DNA of 56,730 nucleotides from Candidatus Babelota bacterium (GTDB lineage Bacteria; Babelota; Babeliae; Babelales; Babelaceae): NCBI GenBank assembly GCA_013815795.1, contig JACDFK010000001.1, positions 1 to 56,730 of the forward strand, read 5' to 3'. Shown piece by piece: positions 1 to 8,193 of this stretch (position 1 is its first letter; each line of letters starts with the position of its first letter). The notes under the pieces were generated by a model. It saw only the letters and a program-made list of their open reading frames with translations, ran no database searches and was not told where the DNA came from. The position numbers and the translations under genes were made by a program.

Positions 1-276
1 GGCTGGGCTTGGGCTCAATTACAGAGATTTATTGTGTATAAAGCTCAAGCAGTAGGACTGAAGGTTGTGTTTGTTAATCCTGCTTATACCAGTAAAACAT
101 GTGCAGAGTGTAAAGAACTGGGAATACGAGTTAAACATCGCTTTGTATATAAAACATGTGGAATCCAACGACACAGTGACTTGAATGCAAGTCTAAATAT
201 CAGTAGGATTGCAACATCTGCCGATGCTGCAACGGGTGCAGTAAATCACCCGAATATGAAAGCTGCCCTAGCGTAG
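1..276 (+). CDS. tnpB: IS200/IS605-family TnpB (OrfB) RNA-guided nuclease, C-terminal fragment; the 5' part lies outside the window
   Basis: Frame 1 is open from nt 1 (GWAWAQLQRFIVYKAQAVGLKVVFVNPAYTSKTCAEC...TCG...HSDLNASLNI). The V-x-P-AYTS-x-x-C-x-x-C block and the D-x-NA-x-x-NI block are the typical TnpB C-terminus. Track ORF 34..276 is only the part after an internal GTG. Confidence 0.75.
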   Translation, partial: GWAWAQLQRFIVYKAQAVGLKVVFVNPAYTSKTCAECKELGIRVKHRFVYKTCGIQRHSDLNASLNISRIATSADAATGAVNHPNMKAALA

Positions 277-427
277 CTACTATAAGCCACCCACTTTAGT
301 GGATGGTAGTTTACATAATTTCTTTCTTAAAAGGAAGATTATTAAAGTAAAATAAAGATGAACGTAGTATAGAGTATAGCATACCATATACTCTAATTAT
401 ACAGGGCATGAGAGCTATAGAAGCTCT

Positions 428-1498
428 TTACTGGATAGAACAAGCTAGCTCTACAGTGTCCTTATCAAGCATGGTAGGTGCTTCAACAACTACTTCTTTA
501 CTCAGCTCCTCAAAAGAGGAAAGCGTTCGAATTTGAGCCCCTTCATCTTTTAACCCAATAAGAACTTTATTTCCGCGGGGACTAAAACCTACTACATAAA
601 TTGGACAAGAAACATGCAGCTGCCTTAGACCATTTGTCGATTCAACATCCCATATCCGAGCTGTTTTATCCAATGACCCCGTAAGAATGGTAGTTGCTTC
701 AGGACTCCATGCTACGGAGTATACTGCAGCATTGTGTCCGTTGAATTCTTTTACTTTCGTTCCCTTCTCTACATCCCATATACAGGCTGTACAATCATCA
801 GAACCGGTAACAACCATGGTCCCATTGGGGCTAAATGCTACTGAATTAACTCTATCAGCATGCCCTTTAAACTCATGTATAAGATTCCCCTTTTGATCCC
901 ATAACCGAGCTGTTTTATCCCACGATCCCGTTAAGATTTTTCTTCCACAGGTACTCCAAACTACCGAAGAGATAGCGCCTGTATGACCTTTAAAAACCGC
1001 TATCGCGTTTCTCGAGAAAATATCCCACAACCGAGCTGTCCCATCATAAGATCCAGTAAGAAAGATTTTTCCACACGGCCTAAAGGCAACTGCCGAAATA
1101 TAATCAGAGTGCCCCCTAAATTCTCGTATTAAGCTACTGTCATAAATATCCCACAAACGTATAGTAGTATCGCTCGAACAGGTAAGAACTCGAGTATTAC
1201 CAGGGCTAAACGCTACTCCCCAAATGGAAAGGGTATGCCCTTCAAAGGTAGTTATTAAATCCCCCGTTTTTGTATTCCATAGACGAGCTCTCTCATCTCC
1301 TGAACCAGTAAGAACTCTTTTCCCATCAGAGCTAAAAGCTCCTGAAATTACCTCTTCTTTATGGGGTAACTGTATAACCGGCTGTTCCTGTTGTTCTGTC
1401 ATTTCTAGCAGAGTTTCTTGTTCCATACTGTAAATCGAGACATGTAATAGACCGGCAATCGCTATAAAAGCTCTTAGTAGCTTTGACATAGAGTTCAT
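428..1498 (-). CDS. WD40 (beta-propeller) repeat protein with N-terminal hydrophobic leader
   Basis: Leader LLRAFIAIAGLLHVSIYS, then about 7 units of the GH-x-x-x-(V/I)-x-(S/A)-VAFSP-x-G-x-x-(I/V)LTGS-x-D-x-TARLWD pattern. AAAGAGG lies upstream of the ATG. Confidence 0.85.
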   Translation of the reverse strand: MNSMSKLLRAFIAIAGLLHVSIYSMEQETLLEMTEQQEQPVIQLPHKEEVISGAFSSDGKRVLTGSGDERARLWNTKTGDLITTFEGHTLSIWGVAFSPGNTRVLTCSSDTTIRLWDIYDSSLIREFRGHSDYISAVAFRPCGKIFLTGSYDGTARLWDIFSRNAIAVFKGHTGAISSVVWSTCGRKILTGSWDKTARLWDQKGNLIHEFKGHADRVNSVAFSPNGTMVVTGSDDCTACIWDVEKGTKVKEFNGHNAAVYSVAWSPEATTILTGSLDKTARIWDVESTNGLRQLHVSCPIYVVGFSPRGNKVLIGLKDEGAQIRTLSSFEELSKEVVVEAPTMLDKDTVELACSIQ

Positions 1499-1721
1499 AA
1501 AAACCTCTTTAAATTTTATATTTGCATGTTTTTTATATAATAAAAAGTATCATTATCTATTATATAAAATTATTACAAAACAAACAATTTTAAAATTGAA
1601 TATTTGCACGCATAGTCAAACAATGCACTAAGCATTCTACTTTTGCCTCACAAAAAACAGAATAATTATAGATAAAGCGCATTATCAATCAGAGGAGCAA
1701 CAGAACGATGACAGGCAGATA

Positions 1722-1752
1722 CAGCACTCTCTGTACACAGCGCTCTCTGTAC
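1722..1752. repeat. Tandem direct repeat CAGC(A/G)CTCTCTGTAC x2, 16-bp period, upstream of the WD40 gene
   Basis: cagcActctctgtac at 1722-1736 and cagcGctctctgtac at 1738-1752, read directly. Confidence 0.6.
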
Positions 1753-1800
1753 GTTGAATTTTATTTTTAAGATTTTTATGAAAACCATTAACTGAGCAGA

Positions 1801-1840
1801 AGCAAAAAGGTTCTTTATTCAAATAAGGAACCTTTTTGCT
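1801..1840 (-). terminator. Stem-loop immediately downstream of der
   Basis: agcaaaaaggttc (1801-1813) pairs with gaacctttttgct (1828-1840). There is no clean U-tract on the minus strand, so terminator function is uncertain. Confidence 0.35.
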
Positions 1841-1850
1841 CTATCATATT

Positions 1851-3179
1851 TTAAAACTTATCTTTATGCTTCCTCACCACAATTTTCACGGGTGCCCCCA
1901 CAAGATCGTATTCAGCTCTCAATATGTTCTCAAAAAATCCCAGTTGTGACTGCTCAAACCAGTCAGGCTCATTAACGATCATCTGGATTACGATAGGCGC
2001 CGTTCTAACTTGGCGAACTTCATAGACTCTCAAATGTTCTTTATTATGAAAAAGAGGCTTTTTTGCTAAACTTGAAACAAAAAGCCTATTTATTTTGCTA
2101 TTATCAAACTCGAAGCTATATTTTTTCCATACCTTCGAAACCAAAGGCATAATTCGCCCTATGTTTTTTCCAGTTTTACAAGAGATATTTAATATAGGAA
2201 CTTTTTTTAGAAAATGTTCATACTCTTCAAAACAGCGCTCAAGATCCAATTTACCTGTTTCTGTCATCAAATCTTCTTTATTAATCAAAAGAATAAATGC
2301 TTTATAATGCTCCGTAAAACCGTAAAAAGCTAACTTCAGCTCTTGATCTACTAACGTATGGGAAGCTCCATCAATAAGTAACAAGATGATGTCAGATTTC
2401 TTCAGCGCCTGAAATGAACTTTTTACCATAAGTGGCTCTAAATCACCCTCGACAGCCCTTTTTCTTCGAATTCCGGGAGTATCAATAAGCTCAATAACTT
2501 CTTTATAAAAAGTGATAGGCTCAGAAAAAGCTTCACGGGTCGTCCCTGCAACTTCTGAAACAATCGCCCGCTCTTCATTAAGTAAAGCGTTCATTAAAGA
2601 TGATTTACCCACGTTGGGTTTACCTAAAAGCATCACCTTAAAAGAAGGTTTTTCCTCGGGTTTTAAAAGCGATTTTTCTGGTAAGAGTCCTACTACAGCA
2701 TCAAGTACGTCTTCAATACCCCGTGCATGTTCAGCAGAAATAGCGATGATATTTGAAAAACCTAAACGATCAAATTCATGGAGATTTTCGTCAGTTTTTT
2801 TATTATCAGATTTATTAATAACAAGAACACACGGCTTCTTTAATTTATGAAGATACGTAGCTATTTCTCTATCTTCCGGCAAAAGACCAACTGTCCCATC
2901 AACCATAAAGATTATAACATCAGCACTCTCTATCACAGAAAGAACCTTTGAACGGATAAGTTCAAACAGAGGATCTTGAGATTTTCTCAAATGAATACCA
3001 CCGCTATCTACAAGATTAAAGCGCACCCCTCTCCACTCAGTGTCTTCTTTAATGAAGTCTCGAGTGACCCCTTCATAATCCATAGTTATACTTTTTACAT
3101 CGGTGGAAACGCGGTTGAAAAAGGTTGATTTACCCACATTCATACGACCGACAATAACCACCGACCCTCTTATTTTCAT
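1851..3179 (-). CDS. der: Ribosome-associated GTPase Der (EngA), double GTPase domain
   Basis: Two G domains: GRMNVGKST / DSGG / NKSD and GKPNVGKSS / DTPG / NKED, plus a KH-like C-terminus. The start overlaps the dnaX stop (ATGA). Confidence 0.93.
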   Translation of the reverse strand: MKIRGSVVIVGRMNVGKSTFFNRVSTDVKSITMDYEGVTRDFIKEDTEWRGVRFNLVDSGGIHLRKSQDPLFELIRSKVLSVIESADVIIFMVDGTVGLLPEDREIATYLHKLKKPCVLVINKSDNKKTDENLHEFDRLGFSNIIAISAEHARGIEDVLDAVVGLLPEKSLLKPEEKPSFKVMLLGKPNVGKSSLMNALLNEERAIVSEVAGTTREAFSEPITFYKEVIELIDTPGIRRKRAVEGDLEPLMVKSSFQALKKSDIILLLIDGASHTLVDQELKLAFYGFTEHYKAFILLINKEDLMTETGKLDLERCFEEYEHFLKKVPILNISCKTGKNIGRIMPLVSKVWKKYSFEFDNSKINRLFVSSLAKKPLFHNKEHLRVYEVRQVRTAPIVIQMIVNEPDWFEQSQLGFFENILRAEYDLVGAPVKIVVRKHKDKF

Positions 3180-4981
3180 AGATTCTCCTTATCAGGTACA
3201 ACAGTAATAGTTCCCGGAAAAAGGTCTAAAATCATATGCGATTTTTGCCATTTTTCGGAATCTTTGTTAAAAGTGGTGTTTTCTTCTTGTGCACTACGGG
3301 TTGATGAAACTGGTTTCACCGTAGCAGTATTCTTTAATGGACGTTCTTTTGGAGCTCCTCCCGTAAAAAGAGGAATAACAGCTACTCCTTCTTGATAAAA
3401 ACGAACAAACAGAGGAAGCCATTTTTTTTTCGTACTTTCAAGCATATCTTTAAAAAAAAGAATATCTTCAGGAAACGTTACCGTAACCGTTTTCGCTTCG
3501 ACTTCAAACACAGGAACACCGGCCTGCCTAAAAATCGAAACGATAAGAGGATCTTTAAGCTTTACTATTTCTTGGAGGCACGCTGCCCATTGCGATTGAG
3601 CAGTCTGATGTATTTCCACAGGGGGGATGTCCTCACTCCCTTTTAAAGGCCCCTTCTGTAGCTCAGAAGAGTTGTTGCTTAAAGGAGCCACGTTAACCAT
3701 AGTGGCGCTATCGCTCATTACCACAGAGCCCGGTGTGCGACTATTTACAGAAATAGTTCTGCTTGTGCTCGTACTGCTAGCAGCTCTCGACTGAATGCCA
3801 CTGCTCGTACTATCATTAGGACCAGCACCACCTGTTATAGGCCTATTATTCGTAACACGAGCGCTAACAGAAGGTTTTTGAGTAGTATCTTCCTCTACCT
3901 GAGCCATCTTTAAAAACATCATTTCAAGGAGCGCATGCGGCGCAGCCGTCTTTGAAAAAAGGGGCTCATAGGTATAACACAGTTCAAAAAAGCCAATCAA
4001 CTTTCCATACGAACATAACTGAGCTATTTCTGTGACTTGACCATGAACAGGTAGCCCCTCTACGCTCACATCATTTTTTAACCATAAGCATGAACGTAAT
4101 AATTCGATAATTTTTTTCCATAAAAGCACAGCATTCTGCTTTTTAAGATCTAACTTCTCGCACATTAACAGCACATCACGTGCAGATCCCTTGGCGATGG
4201 TGAGCAGAAGCTGACACACTCGATCGTCATCTACGCTTCCCATAAGCTCTACAACTGAACTTTTTGTAATAGACTGATAAGCAATTCTTAATCGTTCAAG
4301 AAGATTCAAAGCATCTCTCATAGAGCCGGTCGATTCTCGGGCAATAAGCATTAAAGCATCTCGATCACACGATATAGACTCACGTTCACAAATCATTTGA
4401 AGATGGCCGACAATTGCATCGTGTGCAACCGGCTCAAAAAATAGATTAAAACAACGAGATGAAACAGTTTCAAGAATCTTATGTGGGTCTGTTGTTGCAA
4501 GCATAAATACTACCGAAGAAGGCGGCTCTTCAAGAACCTTTAAAAACGCATTAAATGCAGCCTTACTTAACATATGTGCTTCATCAATTAAATAGATTTT
4601 TTTTCCTCCAAGAACCGGAACAAATGACGAGGCATCTACTATTTGGCGAACATTATCTACTCCTGTGTGAGAAGCAGCATCGATCTCCATAAAATCAGGA
4701 TGGTTCATACTCTGCATTGCTAAGCATGAAGTACATTCTAAGCAAGGAAACTGTTGGCCTTGAGGGCTCTTTTGAAACTCCTTTAAGGCATGACAGTTCA
4801 AAGCAGCCGCGAAAATACGGGCAATACTTGTTTTACCACATCCGCGAGTTCCTGATAAAAGATACGCAGGAAAAATAGCATTTCTAAAAAGACTATTTTT
4901 AACAAGACGAACAACTAATGATTGACCAACAACCTCATCAAAGTGCCTTGAACGCCATTTACGCGCCAGGTTCATATGCAT
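3176..4981 (-). CDS. dnaX: DNA polymerase III subunit gamma/tau
   Basis: Walker A GTRGCGKTS, Walker B YLIDEAHML, Cys module CLECTSC, SRC sensor motif (VSSRC), and a long Ser/Thr-rich linker with a tau-like C-terminus. AAGGA lies 8 nt upstream of the ATG. Confidence 0.9.
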   Translation of the reverse strand: MHMNLARKWRSRHFDEVVGQSLVVRLVKNSLFRNAIFPAYLLSGTRGCGKTSIARIFAAALNCHALKEFQKSPQGQQFPCLECTSCLAMQSMNHPDFMEIDAASHTGVDNVRQIVDASSFVPVLGGKKIYLIDEAHMLSKAAFNAFLKVLEEPPSSVVFMLATTDPHKILETVSSRCFNLFFEPVAHDAIVGHLQMICERESISCDRDALMLIARESTGSMRDALNLLERLRIAYQSITKSSVVELMGSVDDDRVCQLLLTIAKGSARDVLLMCEKLDLKKQNAVLLWKKIIELLRSCLWLKNDVSVEGLPVHGQVTEIAQLCSYGKLIGFFELCYTYEPLFSKTAAPHALLEMMFLKMAQVEEDTTQKPSVSARVTNNRPITGGAGPNDSTSSGIQSRAASSTSTSRTISVNSRTPGSVVMSDSATMVNVAPLSNNSSELQKGPLKGSEDIPPVEIHQTAQSQWAACLQEIVKLKDPLIVSIFRQAGVPVFEVEAKTVTVTFPEDILFFKDMLESTKKKWLPLFVRFYQEGVAVIPLFTGGAPKERPLKNTATVKPVSSTRSAQEENTTFNKDSEKWQKSHMILDLFPGTITVVPDKENL

Positions 4982-5135
4982 ACTACTATCCTTGAAAAGC
5001 TGTATAGATCATTATCGGTATCACGGGTATCTATAAAAAAAGGAAGCTTATACAAGCACTTATTACCCTTGCTGCTTCCTTTCGGACCTGACAAATTAAG
5101 CAACAGCCTCTTTATAAGCTTCCAACTTTTAAATC

Positions 5136-5227
5136 TGGTGGAGAGAGAGGGATTCGAACCCTCGATACCCTTTTCAGGGTATACGTGATTTCCAATCACG
5201 CTCTTTCGGCCTCTCAGACACCTCTCC
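5136..5227 (-). tRNA. tRNA-Ser (anticodon GGA), long variable arm, CCA encoded
   Basis: Reverse complement reads GGAGAGG-TG-...CGTGA-TTGGAAA-TCACG-(variable arm TATACCCTGAAAAGGGTAT)-GAGGGTTCGAATCCCTC-CTCTCC-ACCA. The 7-nt anticodon loop has U33 and GGA at positions 34-36. Confidence 0.9.
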
Positions 5228-5230
5228 TTA

Positions 5231-6208
5231 TTATTCTTTACTTTCTGTAGCAGGAGCTTCCGATGACTCAGTATTTCCAACCGAGGTTTCAGCCGCTTTT
5301 TGTTCAGGAGCGCGAGCACCTGAACTATCGTGCTGTTGACCCGTTGACTGTTGTGCTACTCGGGGCCTCTGTTGTGTTTGCTGTTGTTGAGGAGCGCCTG
5401 TTCTTTTAGGACGTCGAGCTCCAGCAGCCGATCTTTTTTTAGCAGCTTCTTCTTCATCTTCACCTTCGAACCCATGATAGGTGGTTTCAAAAGAATCAGA
5501 AGCGAGTAATTCTTCTTTAGGCCTTGAAGCAGCAACTTCTTTACCTCTTTTTACCGAGTCTACAAGCCAATCAATCAACAACCTTACTGAACGTGGAGCG
5601 TCATCATTTCCTGGAATAACGAAATCGATTCCAGTCGGATCACCGTTTGTATCTACAATAGCGACAATAGGAATCCCTACTGCACGTGCTTCTTTTACGC
5701 AGACATGCTCTTTTTTAACATCTACTACAACCACAGCACCTACAGGCCATGATAAATTTCTTATTCCACCAACTATACGATGTAAACGTGCAACCCGTTT
5801 TTTAAGAGTATTAAGCTCTTTCTTTTTATAAGGGAACTGTTCCGATTTTTCGATAATATCTTCATAATTAAGACAGTTAGCGATCGCTTTACGAACCATA
5901 CGGTTATTAGTAAAAGCTCCTCCAACCCATCTATATTTCACTAAAGGACTATTGGTTTCTTGTGCAGCATACTCAATCGCGTCCTGAGCAGCTTTTTTTG
6001 TACCAACCCATAAAATGGTGCGACCTTCTGATGCAACCTGTTCCAAAAATTTAGCAGCGCGTTCAAGACCTGCCGCTGTTTTAGAAACATCAATCAAATG
6101 AATATCATTTTTACTTCCCCAAATATAGGGCTTCATCTGAGGTGACCAGCGAGCAGTTTGATGCCCAAAATGAACACCATTCTTTATTAATAAACGTAAA
6201 TCAATCAT
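5231..6208 (-). CDS. rpsB: 30S ribosomal protein S2 with a long low-complexity C-terminal tail
   Basis: MIDLRLLIKNGVHFGHQTARWSPQMKPYIWG is the S2 N-terminal signature. GAGG lies upstream of the ATG at 6208, so the track start 6250 is probably too long. The last ~90 aa are acidic, Q-rich and Ala-rich. Confidence 0.9.
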   Translation of the reverse strand: MIDLRLLIKNGVHFGHQTARWSPQMKPYIWGSKNDIHLIDVSKTAAGLERAAKFLEQVASEGRTILWVGTKKAAQDAIEYAAQETNSPLVKYRWVGGAFTNNRMVRKAIANCLNYEDIIEKSEQFPYKKKELNTLKKRVARLHRIVGGIRNLSWPVGAVVVVDVKKEHVCVKEARAVGIPIVAIVDTNGDPTGIDFVIPGNDDAPRSVRLLIDWLVDSVKRGKEVAASRPKEELLASDSFETTYHGFEGEDEEEAAKKRSAAGARRPKRTGAPQQQQTQQRPRVAQQSTGQQHDSSGARAPEQKAAETSVGNTESSEAPATESKE

Positions 6209-6386
6209 ATATATTACCTCTATAGGGTTACAACAATTATTTCCGGGCATAATTACTACTAATTATCAGCCACCCTGGTAACGGAAATAAGAAATTAAAC
6301 AAAATCTTACACGTGTAATCTAGTATACCAAAAAAACAATATATTGCAAAAGAAAGCCCTTTCGTTCATAAAACCTAGCAAGCCTC

Positions 6387-6545
6387 TCAATGAGCCAAAG
6401 TGGCTTGAGGATAATTTATTGCAAAATCAAGCAAATTGATATCAGTTATCCGTGTAAACCAACCATATCTTCTAAATTGATCCAGATGAATTATTTTTAG
6501 TTCAGCTTCTCCCAATGTTAAAAATAAATGATCATTACCGATCAA
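6387..6545 (-). pseudogene. Truncated Doc (death-on-curing, Fic-fold) toxin remnant
   Basis: A TTG overlapping the antitoxin stop opens (L)IGNDHLFLTLGEAELKIIHLDQFRRYGWFTRITDINLLDFAINYPQATLAH-stop. This resembles the Doc N-terminus (..L..EE...IH...I..(F/Y)GG..GIRD..LLESA...PQ). It ends after ~52 codons, before the HxFx(D/N)(A/G)NKR motif. Confidence 0.5.
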
Positions 6546-6790
6546 TCTTTAGCTAATTTTTTCAAAGCAGCATCATATTTTTCTACTAGTTCTTCGTACA
6601 TTTTCTGTAATTTTAGATTTTCACTTATTTGGAAAGCTTCTAATTCTTTACGTACCGGTTTCAAAATAAGAACATCCCCGTCAACTCTAATTTTAAACTG
6701 ACTATCTTCATTGAGATCGAGTAACTCCAGAATAGGTTTGTCAATTAAAAGAGCCAAGCTGTTTCCATGTTTTGATAATCTTTTAATCAC
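6542..6790 (-). CDS. AbrB/MazE/SpoVT-fold antitoxin-like DNA-binding protein
   Basis: MIKRLSKHGNSLALLIDKPILELLDLNEDSQFKIRVDGDVLILKPV matches the swapped-hairpin AbrB/MazE N-terminal pattern (K-x-GNS-x-x-(I/L)-x-I-x-K). Confidence 0.75.
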   Translation of the reverse strand: MIKRLSKHGNSLALLIDKPILELLDLNEDSQFKIRVDGDVLILKPVRKELEAFQISENLKLQKMYEELVEKYDAALKKLAKD

Positions 6791-7326
6791 ACTTTCTCCT
6801 CAATAATTATGTAGTTTTGTATGTGAATATTGTATCATAAAGTAACTATAGTTTAAACAAAGTATTTACTAAATAGCAACGCAAGTTTGAACTTAATGTT
6901 AACTTAAAATGATAGTGCTGTTAGTAGCATACCACTCCACCATGACTGCACCATGAGAAAAACGAAATTATTTAATTCTTGAAATAGGATAACAAGAAAA
7001 AAATCTCTCAAAACCGTTTTATCTACTATCTTTGGACCCATAAATATTTTATTAAGTTCATTTACAAGAGCTCTAATTCTAGGACCTTCACATTCCTCTC
7101 GTTATCTTTTCAAAAATTTTTATCTAAAATTGTCTTCTTTACTATACGAAAAACAGAATCAACAACTTGCTTCCCGGCCGACGATTTTTTCTCAACATAT
7201 TTTGATATATATCTAATTTAAATTTAAATATATATCAAAATATTGCTATTTGATTATAAATATGTTAATATAAAAGTAATCAATACTAAACAATTTTTAA
7301 TCTTGCTCCAAAGGAGTTTTATTAAA

Positions 7327-8051
7327 ATGAAAAATTTATATTTAATGTTCACGTTTTTGACGGCTATTGTAGGAGGGGTTGTTTCTCAAAGTTACGCTAT
7401 GGATAGCTCACAAAACAAATCAGACCAAATAAAATTATATGTTAGAAATGATACCGCCGGTGCTTATGCTCAAGGGTGGAATATCCAGGTTAACGTAATA
7501 CTAAAAAATGGAAAAAAAAAAAATTCCGAATAGCGCCTGGTGATATACAAATCTTAGGAAAAGCGGTTGAAATAGATAACATTACATATCACTCGTATGG
7601 TACTCTATGGGAAAAAACCTCAAAAGAATGGCCTATCGATTTTAAGAATAAACTTAATCCTGAATCAGATCTTATTTTCTCTATAACAACATGGCTTGGA
7701 AACTGGAGTGTAAATACTGAATATATTACAGCCGGAAAACTACCAACGGGGATAAAGATTTCAGAAGGAGAATTAACGGATGAAAGGGACCCTTGGCAGG
7801 CTTTTCAACAAGCTAAATACTATAAAGATAGCGATCTTATAAAAGCATACCGTATAATGATGAACCTTCCCGTACACTTCACGAAAGATGAATTAAATAC
7901 CACTTATAGATTCCTTTCCTCTAAATACCATCCAGATAAAGCTGTGGGTAATCCAGAAAAAGAACTATTTTATACCGAAATAATGAAACTTCTTGTAAAT
8001 GCACGAGATGCGTTACAAAAAGAGCTCGATAAAAAAGAACGTTCTAAATAA
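7327..8051 (+). CDS. Leader-bearing J-domain protein; frame interrupted at an A12 tract (7512-7523), needing a 13th A or a -1 shift
   Basis: AGGAG precedes the ATG at 7327. Signal-like MKNLYLMFTFLTAIVGGVVSQSYA. Frame 1 stops at 7531-7533 just after the A12 run. The frame one nt back is open from the run to 8051. It ends in a J domain: AYRIMMNLPVHFTKDELNTTYRFLSSKYHPDK...LLVNARDAL. Confidence 0.7.
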
Positions 8052-8193
8052 AAATAGTAGCAGGCAGAGATATCACACTCTGCCTGCCAATAAACTTTTA
8101 CATTTCACAAATCATAGTTACTACCAAATAAGAAGGTATTATATTCGCCATTTACGAGCTTTATATATTTTCCCCTTAAATTTCTTAGAAAAA

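Noticed and set aside
687-896. Antisense and out-of-frame ORFs nested inside long genes: 687..896, 1224..1433, 2095..2307, 2512..2850, 3392..3646, 5481..5831, 10897..11100, 11617..11823, 12817..13065, 17405..17937 (three ORFs), 23546..23941, 24541..24723, 25664..25958, 28468..28701, 30528..31144, 34951..35196, 38774..39093, 40568..40771, 42288..42676, 43734..44359, 45033..45242, 49667..50266, 51131..51568, 52807..53145.
   Set aside because: Each lies inside a longer ORF with clear family motifs on the other strand or frame. They have no recognisable motifs or RBS, and their composition (Ser/Pro/Thr-rich mirror images of WD40 repeats, and similar) is typical of shadow ORFs.
3176-4981. Programmed -1 frameshift site for a gamma subunit in dnaX; A-runs at about 3421-3430, 4111-4117 and 4611-4618.
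   Set aside because: The A-runs fall in the Walker B region, in domain III, or near the extreme C-terminus. None is at the domain III / tau-specific boundary where the E. coli-type A AAA AAG signal acts. No downstream stimulatory hairpin was seen.
4972-5319. ORFs 4972..5319 (-) and 4976..5188 (+) spanning the dnaX-rpsB gap.
   Set aside because: They overlap the tRNA-Ser gene (5136..5227) and the 3' end of rpsB. The tRNA fold is unambiguous, so these are spurious.
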